Under the pieces are notes generated by a model. The model was not told the origin of the DNA and ran no database searches. It saw only the letters and a program-made list of their open reading frames with translations. From Vitrella brassicaformis CCMP3155 (lineage: Eukaryota > Protista > Chromerida), in assembly GCA_001179505.1 (NCBI GenBank), contig CDMY01000667.1:1-33966 (forward strand): a stretch of 33,966 nucleotides of DNA, written 5' to 3'. Positions 1-11,287 of the stretch are shown piece after piece (positions within the stretch are counted from its first letter, which is position 1; the number at the start of each line of letters is the position of its first letter). Position numbers and translations under genes: made by a program.

Positions 1-153
1 GCAAGCGGGAAGCAGCAGACAGTCGATGGTAACCGCATTTGCAGAGAGGAGCCTTGCAAGCATGTCCACTACCAAGTCCACTGCACGATAGTCGGCGAGA
101 TCTCTTTCGTTAAGCGCCAGAAGCTCGACAAAGTTGATGCGGCACTGAGGGAC
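1..153 (-). CDS. Possible internal exon of an unidentified gene running off the left edge
   Basis: An acceptor-like ttttcgcag ends at 154 on the minus strand. It is followed by a stop-free frame VPQCRINFVELLALNERDLADYRAVDLVVDMLARLLSANAVTIDCLLLPAC to position 1. No motif recognised; other frames are also partly open. Confidence 0.3.
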
Positions 154-683
154 CTGCGAAAAGGCACCCAAGAAGGACCAAGCTCAACCAGCTGCATGAA
201 CGGACAAGAGAAACATCCCATCCACCACAAACTGGCGCGTTCGTGTGTTTGTTCAGTCAGTTGATGCTTCTTCCGTTACGGATCTTGCTTTTTTAAGAAG
301 TTCGCGGCCAGAGAGACCCTTGTTCGTTGATTTTCTCCGGGAAAGCAATCGCGATCTTTTTCAAGCAGCAGCGGTTTCAGGGAGCACCCTAGACGGCCTG
401 ACGGCCAATCTTTGTTCACTAACTTGTCGCTTTAGGGTACATCAGTTTAACGGTTACTTGTCCAAACGTGAGAAAAAACACGAAGCTTCTCCCTCATATT
501 AAAGTGTCTGTGGTTCTGCAAGCAACACATCACCGCTACCGTTTTTCCTTTTCTCTTCCATACGATCGTGATCGAACGTTTTGTCTGCCGAACGTGTTGT
601 TTCTTAAAGGCGCAAATTGGGCATTAGCCCAATTCGCGGAAAGGCGGAGCAGTCGTTGGCGTCGTTCCGATGCTGGCATAGAA

Positions 684-2856
684 ATGCGTCCACAAGATCT
701 GCTTCTCCAAGTGCTTCTCGCTTTGTTCATGGCCCTGGCAGCGACAACCACGCTTTCCGAGGCGTTCGGACCGCCTCTCCTCCGCCGCCATCTCTCTGCC
801 AGGAGGCGTCATCTTTCAAATGTGCATGCTAATGGAGGCCCGGAACATGTCGAGGTGAGTGCACGCTGATCTGCTTACCGGTGATTTCTGACAGACAAAC
901 AGACTGTTTTGCTTGCAGAATCCGATGGTGCTGGCAAACACGGAGAGGCAGGTATCGCTGAATCAACGCGATCTGCGTCTTTCTCCCTCTTCTGCATGAT
1001 GTTGTCCCCAGGGTGTTGGCTTGCTCAACATTCCTTCAGATTTTTATGGTACGAACGCCTGGATGAATCACTCAGACACACATCACATGGCGTGCGTTGC
1101 GTGTCATGATTGGTCAGACGAGGGATTCCGCCTGGCATTCTGCACCCACAACAGCAGATACCCTATCGGCGTGGCCATCAACAAGGCCACCAACACGCGA
1201 GATTTAAGTGGAGCGACACACACACACACATGCACGACACGCGCCTGCCAGCATGTCATGCGAGTGGATCTTGTCCACACCCAGCACATCCCTGCTCTGT
1301 GTGTGCGTGTCGCTCCATGACTGGTGCAGTTTTCTCGCTATATGACTTCGGCGTTCAAAGTCGGGTCAGGTGCAAAGGCGAGGTGTGCGCGTCATGCTTC
1401 GAGTGGGCGGAGAAATACGGTGATCTGAAGACGGAGGAAGAACTGCTCAAGATCTTGAGGGAGGAACATCGAGAAATGGGCTATGGGGGAGAGGATTTCA
1501 TGAGGAGCCATCCAAACACTTCTCTGCGTATTCCCACGCAACTTGACCGGGTTGTGCCCTGTGAATGCACACCGGACCTCACGCAGATGCCCAGTGAGGT
1601 AATCACCCAGGCTGCCGGAGACCGAAGGCGCACGAGGCTCTTTCGTTTTGCGTGTCCTGTTGATGAACAGGTGATCCGTGAGATGGTTGACCAGATGCTG
1701 ATGATTCAATCAACAGAATTCCCCAACGATGAGGAAGTGAGAGTGTTGGTGTTGGGCGTAGGTGGGTTAATGCGAGCATCCATCCTCAAACAGAAAGAGT
1801 GGATTTGCACCCGATTGGGTTTCTATGCAGGCGGGGGCCAGATGCTTCTGTATGCACAAGACAGACTGACCAATCCACGGACGTCGACTGTCCTCGTGGA
1901 GGGGGTAGACTTCGGTATGACACAACACAGCTCACAGAGGTCAGCCGTCTGTCATGAATGGCCACATGTCATCTGCATTTCAGACCCGTGTGTCATCCGC
2001 GTGGCGGAGCTCTTCTTTGGATTCAAGAGGTCAGCTTCATCTGCAAATCAGATGTCCCTCTCTCTATCGCTGTACACTGGTTATGTGTGTTCACGCAGGA
2101 GTGACACGCTGCATGTCGAGATAGGTGATGCATTTCAGGCGCTGGAGCGGCGAAGGCGTCTATACCAAGATGTGTGTGCCCTTGACCCTGTGACGGGGCT
2201 TGGGGTTGGCCCATACCACTTTATATGTGTCGGTAGGCGACAGAGGGAGATACAAATGCCTTCATTGACGGTTCCTCCATTCCCTGCTGGTCCAGATTGT
2301 TTCGCCAACAACATCAGTCTTCCCGCGGAGTGTCGCTCCGTGTCTTTCCTTCGGGGAATGAAGAGCCTACTTAAGCCAGGCGGTGCAGTGCTGCTAAACA
2401 TTTGGGCGTGGATTCCTTCCTTCACCCATGTCGATGCCTACTCACCCACCGTGGAACGGGTAAGAAATATGGGAGTGCAGCACATGTCAATCGGCGGATA
2501 TTGAAGGGAGTTTTCCAAAGTTCTATCCCATGTATGATGGATGCAGGAGTTTCGCGAGACGTTGGACGCTTACAAGCGAGTGTTCGGCGATGAGCAGACC
2601 ACGTGCCGACCAGTTCAGCTTAATTATGCAAATCATGTCATCTGTGCACGGAGGGCCGTGTGAGGGGGATGTTGTGGGTGGTTTTGAGGAAGCGATGCAG
2701 TGCTGTGCTGTAGAAGATAGACGAGAGAGACGACGTGGGCTCGTGCCGACCGTTAGATGGCAGACCTACGTGCGAATGAGAGCAAATGGTGTGGGAGTGG
2801 ATGTGCTCGTTGATTACTGGTGCCGACCTGAGTGTGATGAGCACCAAGATGCTTGA
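684..2856 (+). CDS. Multi-exon spermidine-synthase-like / METTL13-C-type SAM-dependent methyltransferase with a putative bipartite plastid presequence
   Basis: Phase-consistent first exons 684-854, 919-951, 1012-1048, 1118-1207 and 1330-. The spliced product gives RVLVLGVGGGQMLLY (Gly-rich SAM loop), VDFDPCVIRVAELFFGF, LHVEIGDA, FLRGMKSLLKPGGAVLLNIW, EFRETLDAYKRVFG and NHVICA. The N-terminus is a hydrophobic signal ending SEA-F followed by an Arg/Ser-rich stretch. The 3' end (2856) is tentative. Confidence 0.75.
1208..1329 (+). other. Intron with a 20-bp terminal inverted repeat
   Basis: TGGAGCGACACACACACACA (1209-1228) is complementary at 19/20 positions to TGTGTGTGCGTGTCGCTCCA (1298-1317). 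GT-AG boundaries are phase-compatible with the flanking exons. Confidence 0.8.
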
Positions 2857-2887
2857 AAAGCTGCTCAGATGATTTGTGTGTTGTGAT

Positions 2888-2917
2888 TGTTGATGTCTCT
2901 GATGTTGATGTCTCTGA
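2888..2917. repeat. 15-bp tandem duplication
   Basis: TGTTGATGTCTCTGA x2, downstream of the methyltransferase gene. Confidence 0.9.
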
Positions 2918-3019
2918 TGCCGCAAACACATTTCCTCATCGCAATGCTGCACCTCTCAGCAGTGAGTTAATCATCGGTCTAGTCGTATGCTTCCAAAACA
3001 CTGCGTCATATAAGTAGGG

Positions 3020-3059
3020 GCGAGGACAGTGGCGGTTTAGCGAGGACAGTGGCGGTTTT
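3020..3059. repeat. 20-bp tandem duplication
   Basis: GCGAGGACAGTGGCGGTTT(A/T) x2 in the intergenic region upstream of the membrane-protein gene. Confidence 0.9.
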
Positions 3060-3233
3060 GCCAGTTACATCTCACCCTAAACCTAAGGCCCCAGGGGCCC
3101 ACGACATCAGCGAACCGACGAAATGGCCTTCTGACAGCAATTTTCGCCCACCGAACCGAAGCAGAAGCGGAGATACAACCTTCCGCCCCTTTGAGCGTTT
3201 CGTCAATCTAACCTCGGTAGATTCCTGCAAACA

Positions 3234-5677
3234 ATGTCACCGCGCCAAGATGCCCCGGGGGGCCGGCAGCAGCACTCCGACAGGTCGAATGTCAAGTCGG
3301 CGACCGACTTAATGAGTGTCACCTCAAGAATGACTGAAAGGGAAGAGTTCCTGGACACGCGCATAAAAGACAGGTGACAGGATGTGTGGGGTGGGACCGC
3401 ATGGGAGAGTCACGAAAGAGGCACAGGGGGGAGGCATCATTCTTGTCTGGTGTTTCATACAGGAAGGTCGTCCGGCAGTGTCCCCTAGAAAAAGGTGTGC
3501 CTATAAAGAGACGGCAGTGCCCCCTGTGTTGGGACGACGGTGTGTTGCTTCTTCAGACGTCTTCGGGCTCGCATGGGTGGCACGCTTCGGAGCGTATGCT
3601 GTTGTCCCCGGCATTCGGATGGCCGGCTCCTTCAAAGTGCGAATCAGCAAGTCCTTCAGCATCATCCTCTCTGTAGTGGCGTTAGTGCTTCACTTTGTGG
3701 GCTACGGTGTCCTCTTTGGCATTCATTACGACAGTGACTATTTTTCCACCAAAGTCAAGACCAGGTGCACACAAAGGACACATACAGTAGACAGATGGTG
3801 TCCTCCCTGGTGGCGTCTGCGTATTTGCCGGTGTCTCTCTCGCAGGGACGCCAAGGAATTGGCCGCTGTGCTCAAGGAGGGGTTTGCTGACTCGCCCGCT
3901 CTATTCGGTGCTCGCTTCCTCGCAGTCTGTATTTTCACGTCTTTCTCGCTTCCATCTCTGGCCAACCGGTGCCGCCTGATCGAGATGTGGGTGATGGAGC
4001 AGCGACTCGTGTGGTTTGCCGATGTTTCCATGCTCTCACGCAACTAGTAAGGGAGAAGTAAAGGATGGCCATCCTGCTCTGTATATCGACTCTGGTGTCT
4101 GCCCCCTGCAGTTATCTGCTTCTCGGTGACTGTCATCCCCAATATACCGAGCAGCAGCTGGGGCAGCTGGACATTGCAAATGCGTGGGAGTGGGTCACCG
4201 GCTTCGTGTGCCTTCTCATCAACTTGGTAGAGGTGATCTGGATCTTCTTGTTCACCTATGGTGCCACAGACTCCATCATTCGCGCCACAGACGTCTCAGT
4301 AAGGTCAAATGCCTGAGTGCGAAAGAAAAACGTCATGAAAACATACGTATGTTGTGATCAGGACATCTTCATTACATCGGTGATCACCATTCTCGTCGTC
4401 AAGTACCTGGACCGGGCTGTCTTGCATCTCTTCACGAGTTTCTTCGACATGATAATTGGCCCGAGATGCTGGTTGTTCCAGCTCGCCGAAAGGTTCGAGC
4501 GGGAGAGGGAAGTCGCCGAGTTGCGGTCTACCGCCACCGGCAAACTCTGCTCCTGCTTCGGCGCATCTATCGAGGTCGTCATCGGGCTGATCATAAGGTG
4601 CGGTCGGACTGACTGACACAGTGACACTCGCACAGAATCAGGCACACTCACTGTACTTAGAAGGTCGCTGGGTCTGCACCTGCAGGGAGATTCTTCGGCT
4701 TCCGATTGGGCTTCTATTTGCCATTGCCTTCTCGCCCTTCATGTAGGAGGAGAGGGAGAGGCAGGTTGAGAGATGCGCAGGATGACTGTCGTGGTGTCTC
4801 TCCACTTTGTTTTCTCCAGACGTTTCGGTGCCGTCAAGCTGTCTGACAGGTTGTCTCAGCGAGGCCTGACTAATGAGGACGAGTTCACCGACTTCATCGC
4901 TTGGGCCCTCACTCTCTCTATCGTCCTCTTTGGCATGCTCACACCCCTTGTCAATCGCACATTCGGCTCCGTGAAGCGGATGGCGAAACGAGAGATAGTC
5001 CATCCGGGAGACGCCGAGGACAGGGACGAAGACAACTTCTCCATTGTGACCAATACGCGCTCCCGTCCTCCCGACTTGATGACCGAGATGTCACCGTACA
5101 GTCCTTTGCCTTCCCCCAGGTGGCCCCAGGATGACGCCATGAGCCAGACCAGCCGCACCAGCCGCGGCAGCAAACACCCACGGCAGAACCGTCCACACGC
5201 CAAGAGGGCCATGCCGCTGACTGAGCCACAGCCAACCGACGCGGAGGCGCCTGCGCGAGCACCCAAGATCATCATCATGACGCAGGATGGTACTGAGCGG
5301 ACACAGAAACAAGAGACTCTTGACTGGACCCTATGGCTACGTGTCTCTCTATCTGTCTTGAATAGACACGCGCATCGATCAAGCCATCGACAATTTGTTT
5401 ACTTCTGCGCCGCCGAAAGGTGAGGAGGGCGGTGCCGCTGCTGCAGTGGCGGGGAAGGCCCCAGCTGAGCTCGACATATTTGCCTATGAGAGCAGTGAGG
5501 AAAGCGACTGACACTGAACTGACTTTGCACGCTGAGTGGTACGTAAGTCCGAGTCTGGGAGGGGATCAGTTTGCTCAATGTGTGTCTTGCGTCTTTGAGG
5601 CTACAGCCATTGTGCAGACACTTATGACCAAGGCATATGAAAACGAATGCCATACGCTCGTCGAGTCATATGAATGA
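3234..5677 (+). CDS. Uncharacterised multi-exon multipass membrane protein
   Basis: The first exon MSPRQDAPGG...DTRIKDR ends at a GT donor (3373). Successive exons carry hydrophobic helices (FSIILSVVALVLHFVGYGVLFGI; WEWVTGFVCLLINLVE; DIFITSVITILVVKYL; FIAWALTLSIVLFGMLTPLV) and then a polar, disordered tail. No family recognised; exact exon boundaries and the 3' end are uncertain. Confidence 0.55.
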
Positions 5678-5840
5678 ATTCAAATACGAGTAATGGGAAT
5701 GTCAATACTGATATCAATTGTGGGTTAGTCCTTCATGCTGGATCAGTGTAGCTACGTGAGTGCATGAATTCACTAGGCGCCAGATAGCAGTGGCCAGACA
5801 GAATAGGCGCTGCATTCACATACCTGTGTCTTCAGTGGTG

Positions 5841-8055
5841 TCATGGGGCATGCAGGGGGTCCGTTTGGTGGTGTGAAGGGTGCAATTGGCACTTCACTCC
5901 CCTGTTCGGTCCGAGCGAACTCACCATAGGCGAAGAATTAGCTCGACAACACGTGAACAGGATACACACAACACCGACAACGTCCCAGAGTCTTCTCCCG
6001 GACCATTCCCCGGCCAACGGGCCAGCCACCCACCGACCTACCCAGCACTGCACCCCTGCTCAGCGCTACACACTGTCCTGACTGTGCAGTCAATACATGC
6101 AGGGTTAAAATGTCAAAAGCTGAACATGTTCCAGCCCCCCACATGTGCCTCGGTGGCCAGCACGAGCGACTCCGCGGTGAGGGATGGGTGTGAAGTCACC
6201 GTTTGCCGTATCTGGTTCAGCTCATCAGGAGCCACGAAATAATCGGGGATCTCCAGCTGCAGCAAATAACAACAATGGCAGATAGACACCATGAGCAAAC
6301 GATACGCAGCAGGAGATGTTGGCAATGCTAGCCAACCTGTGTGAGGCTGGTGCACGAGTTGATGATGAACATGACGTCGGTGGCGACCATGAAGACCCCT
6401 GAAAGTACATAGCGAGAGCGGGGCGAACACTGTGCCTGCGACATGGGTCTCCATGTGCTTGTCTTCTTTGTCTGTCTGTCTGTCTGTCTGTCTGTCACAA
6501 CCCACCTTTGAGTATGAGTTTCTTGAGGCTGGTTCGCGTGCCGAAGAGCTCGAAGACCACGTGGCTGGGGAGAAAGTAACCCTACAGCGGCCAGCACAGT
6601 CAACAGGGAGTCCATGTGAGTGAGAGATGGGGTGCATGCACACGAGCTGACGCACCTTCTGCAGCAGGCTGCATGCGGCGGGCTGCTGCCCCGAGTACTC
6701 AAACGTAAACTCCTCCAACTGATCACCTATCGTCAGGAAAAAGCCCTGACACCAGGCAGGCGAAAGCAGTACACTCATTTTGCGGCACGTCGATGGCAGG
6801 TCTCTGTTTCGTCAGCTTACGATGATGCCATCATAGCTCCACGTCAAGTACGGAAGGTTGGCGGTCTTGACGTGACACCGCAATATCGACTGCACATTAA
6901 CACACGCCACACACAGAGAGGCGGGATCCAGCACTCGTCTGGTTGTGGTTCATCATCCGGCAGAGAGACAGACAGACAGACAGACCGACGCCCACCTCAT
7001 TGCTCTTCCTGGGCACTCGCTGCACCATGGCTGTCGAAAATACGTCCATGGCGTAATCAAACCTGCCGAGCAACACGTATGCTTGAATGGCCGTGCCTTA
7101 CATCCATCTGGCCATACCTGAAGGTCGTCAGCTGCGTGAACTGCATGACCGAAGCTATGAGCGACTCGCATGACGCGAATGGCGTGGTGGGGTTCCACTC
7201 ATACAAACGGCGATCACCGCTACCTGCACACCAACCCAGCGTTACCAGGCCCACGTCCCTCCCCCCTCCCGTCTCACCTGTAGCGATGGAGAAGCTCCTC
7301 ATGTTGGTGGCGAGCACCAGGGAGCTCTCGAAGGCCCGGACGCTATCGGCACTGAGGAGTCCCTGGAAGCCTATACTAAGGGGCTCCAGGTACAGACACA
7401 CCAGGGTGCCCATGAGACAGTCGTGGCCTTCCAAGGGCTCCCCGCCGATGCGGTTGAGTGCCCGGTCGCTGAGCAAACCCACATAGTGCAGCGACTGCAG
7501 CACGGGTGCGTGCAGCCGCTCCATGATGATGCGGTTGAGGACGCACTGATTGGTCGTGAAGCCCTCGAGGTGCAGCCGTCGGAGGTTGGGGAAGACAAGC
7601 ACGGCAGGGGGGGCCTGGGGCGCCATGTCGAGGCCTACGGTGGGGTTGCGGTTGAGCTCCAGGTGGGTGAGGGACTCCGCCAGCCCCGCCGTGCGCTCGA
7701 GCATGCCGATGAAACTCCTGGCCGATGCGATGGACCGCTCTCGCACTGTGAGGGCCGACCAGAATTCGGGGTTGTTGCATACGTCCCTGAAGCACCTGCA
7801 CAGCCGCCGCAGCCGCTGCAGGTCCTGACGCGCCAGATACTTGAGGATGTGGAACACCAGAACTGGACACGTGCATCCACAGACACAGCAATACATTCAT
7901 ACGACAAGCTAGAGCAGAGCGACCCAGAAACATCATGTGTTTGTGCGTTTGTGTTATTTACCTTCATCCATTTCCCACTCGGGCAGCGTCATGGCGCTGA
8001 ACCGCACCATCTGAATCTCCACGGGGTGCCGGCGAGTCCCACGTCGAGACTGCAT
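5841..8055 (-). CDS. F-box protein with downstream LRR-like repeats (multi-exon)
   Basis: Exon 1 from the ATG at 8055 splices in phase to give TLPEWEMDEVLVFHILKYLARQDLQRLRRLCRCFRDVCNNPEFW, which fits the F-box consensus. It is followed by LTHLEL, FPNLRRLHLEGF, PVLQSLHY and LTTFRY LRR-like segments. The 3' end is approximate. Confidence 0.75.
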
Positions 8056-8312
8056 GGCTAGTGTGTGTGCGTGCGTGTCTGTGTATAACGTCGCAGGACT
8101 TTCACACTTGGGGGTGAGAGACCGGTTTCACGGTGAAACCTGCGAGCTTCCTCTCCAGAAGGACTGAGGAAAAGAACACCCTCAACATCAGTTCAAGCAG
8201 ACACCGGCGGCTCAACCAGCTGTGAGATCCGCCGAGTGTTTTTGAGACTTAGTCCTGCGAGAGCGACAACTTGGATTAGCCGTAGCACTCGTCTGTGTGC
8301 CTGCTGTTGAAG
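8056..8312. promoter_or_regulatory. Putative bidirectional promoter, F-box gene / EF-hand gene
   Basis: 257 bp between the divergent predicted start codons (8055 minus, 8313 plus); inferred from gene geometry only. Confidence 0.4.
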
Positions 8313-9963
8313 ATGGCTCATTCGTCGAGTCCTGTTCCCAGCGCCCGAACAGAGGCGTTTCAGACCGCTGTTGGGCCTGAACATCAAGCAGACCGCATCG
8401 TCGCCGTGCTCAAGGTCAGGACAAACTGCGACTCAACACGAGACTGAAAAGGGCTACATGATGGCATGACGCTCTACATTGGATGGTGTTTTCTTCTGTG
8501 TCTCGACATCAGTCGTGGGATCGTCAGGGTGACGGCAAATTCACACTGGAAGAAGTCGCGCTGGCCGCCAAGCAGCTCCACGGGTATGTATGCACCATGC
8601 GGAGGCTCAGTCAGCCTCGCTGCATCTTCTCTCCCTGGATGGCCTGCCTGCCACTGTGTGTGTGTCAGTGAGCGGCAGAAGAACAAGAGCTACCGGGTGG
8701 CCATCATCGCGCTCGTCTGCCTCTGGGTCGTCACACTCGCCGCTGTCCTGGCACTCGTCATCGCCGGCGTACAACGTGAGCCAGTGGGACGCAGAACGAT
8801 CGAGGGAGGGAGTTTCTCTGTGTGCGTTTGTGTATGCGTGTGTGTCAGTGATGAAGGAGGAGACGGTCCAGGAGGGCATCGGGATGTCCGTCAAAGACGG
8901 CGCACCCGTCCGTAAGTGACAGCCCATCCACCCCCTCACCTAACGGACCGTGGCTCTTTGCTCATTTGTGTGTGGCGTGGGGTGGCTTGGTGGATGTGTG
9001 ATGTGCGCAGGCGTCCAGTCTCACGTCGACACGTGGTCGATTCCCGATATGTATGCGTTCGACCTCGAGCCCTTCGAGAAGATACACTCAATATCCCTCC
9101 AGGTGACTCACCCACCACCACCTACTACACACACACCTCCCAGACTCTCTGAACGTGTTCGTGATCTACGTATGTGTGTGTATGGCCCTCATCCATCCAT
9201 CCATCCAACATCTGTCAGCTCAATGAGGAGGACCAGGCTTTGTTCAACGTGGATTACGTCATCAAGCGTGCCAACCACACCGAGGTCTATCTATCCGGCG
9301 GGCCAAAGCTCGTCGTCAAGAGGGGTGAGACACACGAGCAGGTCACATGGACGCGATGCGTCAAGCCAAGCAACGATCCCATGTGGTGTACGGTTGCTTA
9401 ACGATGCCCATCAGACGAGGCGATAGTGTACGATAAGGACGGCAACGTGCTGCGTACGCTCGAGTATGAGGGTTACCACGACTACGAAAACCAGGAGGAG
9501 CGCCGGCGGCTGCAGCCAAGAGGGTTCTCCCCGCGCAGGGCACCAGAGCTCGGCGGCAAGGGGCGAGCAGTCGCCTGGTGTAACCCTTACAGATGCGGCG
9601 CCGTAGGAGGTCAGCAAACAACCACCTGGCCCACGCGGCACGAACCAGACAGACCAACACAGAGACAGACAGACAGACAGACACTTGAGCACGACCCCAG
9701 AACGCCTAACTGGCCACCTATCTGCGTGTGCATGTGTGTCACTCAGCCAATGTGGAGATCTACAACCCTCGTCGTTACTACTGGTACGCCCGAATCGATC
9801 AATCCGAGACGATCATACAACATTTGTGTGTGATGTACAAACGTCCGTGTGTGTGGCATTCAGGGCTACTGGGACGGCCGGTCGTACGTTCCAGCCCAGG
9901 GGGCCCCCCACGAAGCGCTTCCCGCAAGGATTTCCCATCGGCTACGATACGGGCGGATACTGA
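8313..9963 (+). CDS. Single-pass membrane protein with an N-terminal EF-hand-like loop (8 exons)
   Basis: All predicted junctions are phase-consistent. The product contains DRQGDGKFTLEE (EF-hand-like loop), a basic KNKSYR, the TM helix VAIIALVCLWVVTLAAVLALVIAGV, then KEETVQEGIGMSVKDGAPV, an EERRRL motif and the stop after GYDTGGY at 9963. Confidence 0.75.
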
Positions 9964-10010
9964 TGTCATATGTGGGTAGTACAAGTCAGACGGCGAGCAT
10001 GCATATGGGT

Positions 10011-11130
10011 CTACTCTGACTCTGGCTCTGTGTACGCCTCGGGGTGGCGTTTTTCGTCGGGACCTGGTGGGTCGATGATCTGTCGGTCGTGATGGCGTGG
10101 GGGGTGAATACTGTACGTGTCTGAGTACGCTGGCTGTCGAAAGGACTGTCGATCCGTATTTTTGTCTGTCTCCCTGTCGGTCGGTGGGTCGGTCGATCGG
10201 TCGCGTGACGGTGTCTCCTCCTTTATGAAAGGTGTGGATGGATGCATGGATGGACGGTGTTTTTCTGCATGGGTAGGTGTGCGGGCAGGTATCGGCAAGG
10301 GAGCTCTCCACTGTGTTGCCCTTGCCGTACTGTCTGCATTATCCTACGCACAGGGCGCGGTGTCTGCTTGTGTAAATAACTCCCGTTTTACACTTTGCCC
10401 AGCCCTAAAGTACAGACGCACCAACGCAAGCACCTTCATGATGATCGCAGCGTGGGCCCCCCGTCGATCGCTGTGCGTGCCCACGCATGCCCTGCACCCA
10501 CCTGGCTTTCTATGTGTCGCTGTGCATGGTTCCTCTCACCCACACACGACAAACACCCACCACGAACTGCGCACATGTATCCCTCCCCCTAATTCGAGAC
10601 GATGATAACATGTGCGTGATGGGCTGCTTTCGCGACGGCAGGGAGGAAAGTGAGGCAGGCGTACATGCAGCTGCAGGTCGGTCGATTGCGCTACGCGTTG
10701 AATACTCTTGTCTAATAGGGTCGGGCCAATCGATGTACTGACTGCTGCACGCAACCTGGCTGTCGTGTGAGTGCTACGTACGTCTGGATGCAGTGCGTCG
10801 GGCGGTATCATGAGGTACGGCTCACTGATTCAGTACACTCATGCACGTGTAGACCAGGGGGGAAGGAGGGAGGGATGGAACCCATGTGTGCACTTACTCC
10901 CCATGTGTGCATTTACTTATTTTACGTAGGTACGCACGTACGAATGGATGCGGACACTCACACACCAGACTTTATTGTGACATAACGTCTACGGGTTGCT
11001 CATCATCCTCACACTCAGTTGCATCACCTGTGTGCCATTGACGCAGGCACCTGCCAAGCGTCCACTCACGTTCACACACTAGTGTCTCGTGCTCGCATCG
11101 CCCCTGCAGCCACCACCGCCACCAAGAAAT
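10011..11130 (-). CDS. Putative small multi-exon gene missed by the ORF track
   Basis: Short GT-AG-bounded segments join in phase to give ...VMQLSVRMMSNP-EPYLMIPPDALHPD-YIDWPDPIRQEYST.... Start and stop are not resolved. Confidence 0.3.
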
Positions 11131-11287
11131 ACAGACAGGCATGGACAGACAGTGTACCAACATAACAATCAATCAATCACCCACACCAGCCCTTTCCCTC
11201 TCCCCGTCCCCCAGGGTGAAGCTGTGAGCCATCCATCAGTTCGCTGTCTCCCGTCCGTCCGTCTGTTGGTGAAGGTGAATGGATGAA

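Noticed and set aside
3075-3086. Telomere-like CCCTAAACCTAA
   Set aside because: Fewer than two full units, which is expected by chance.
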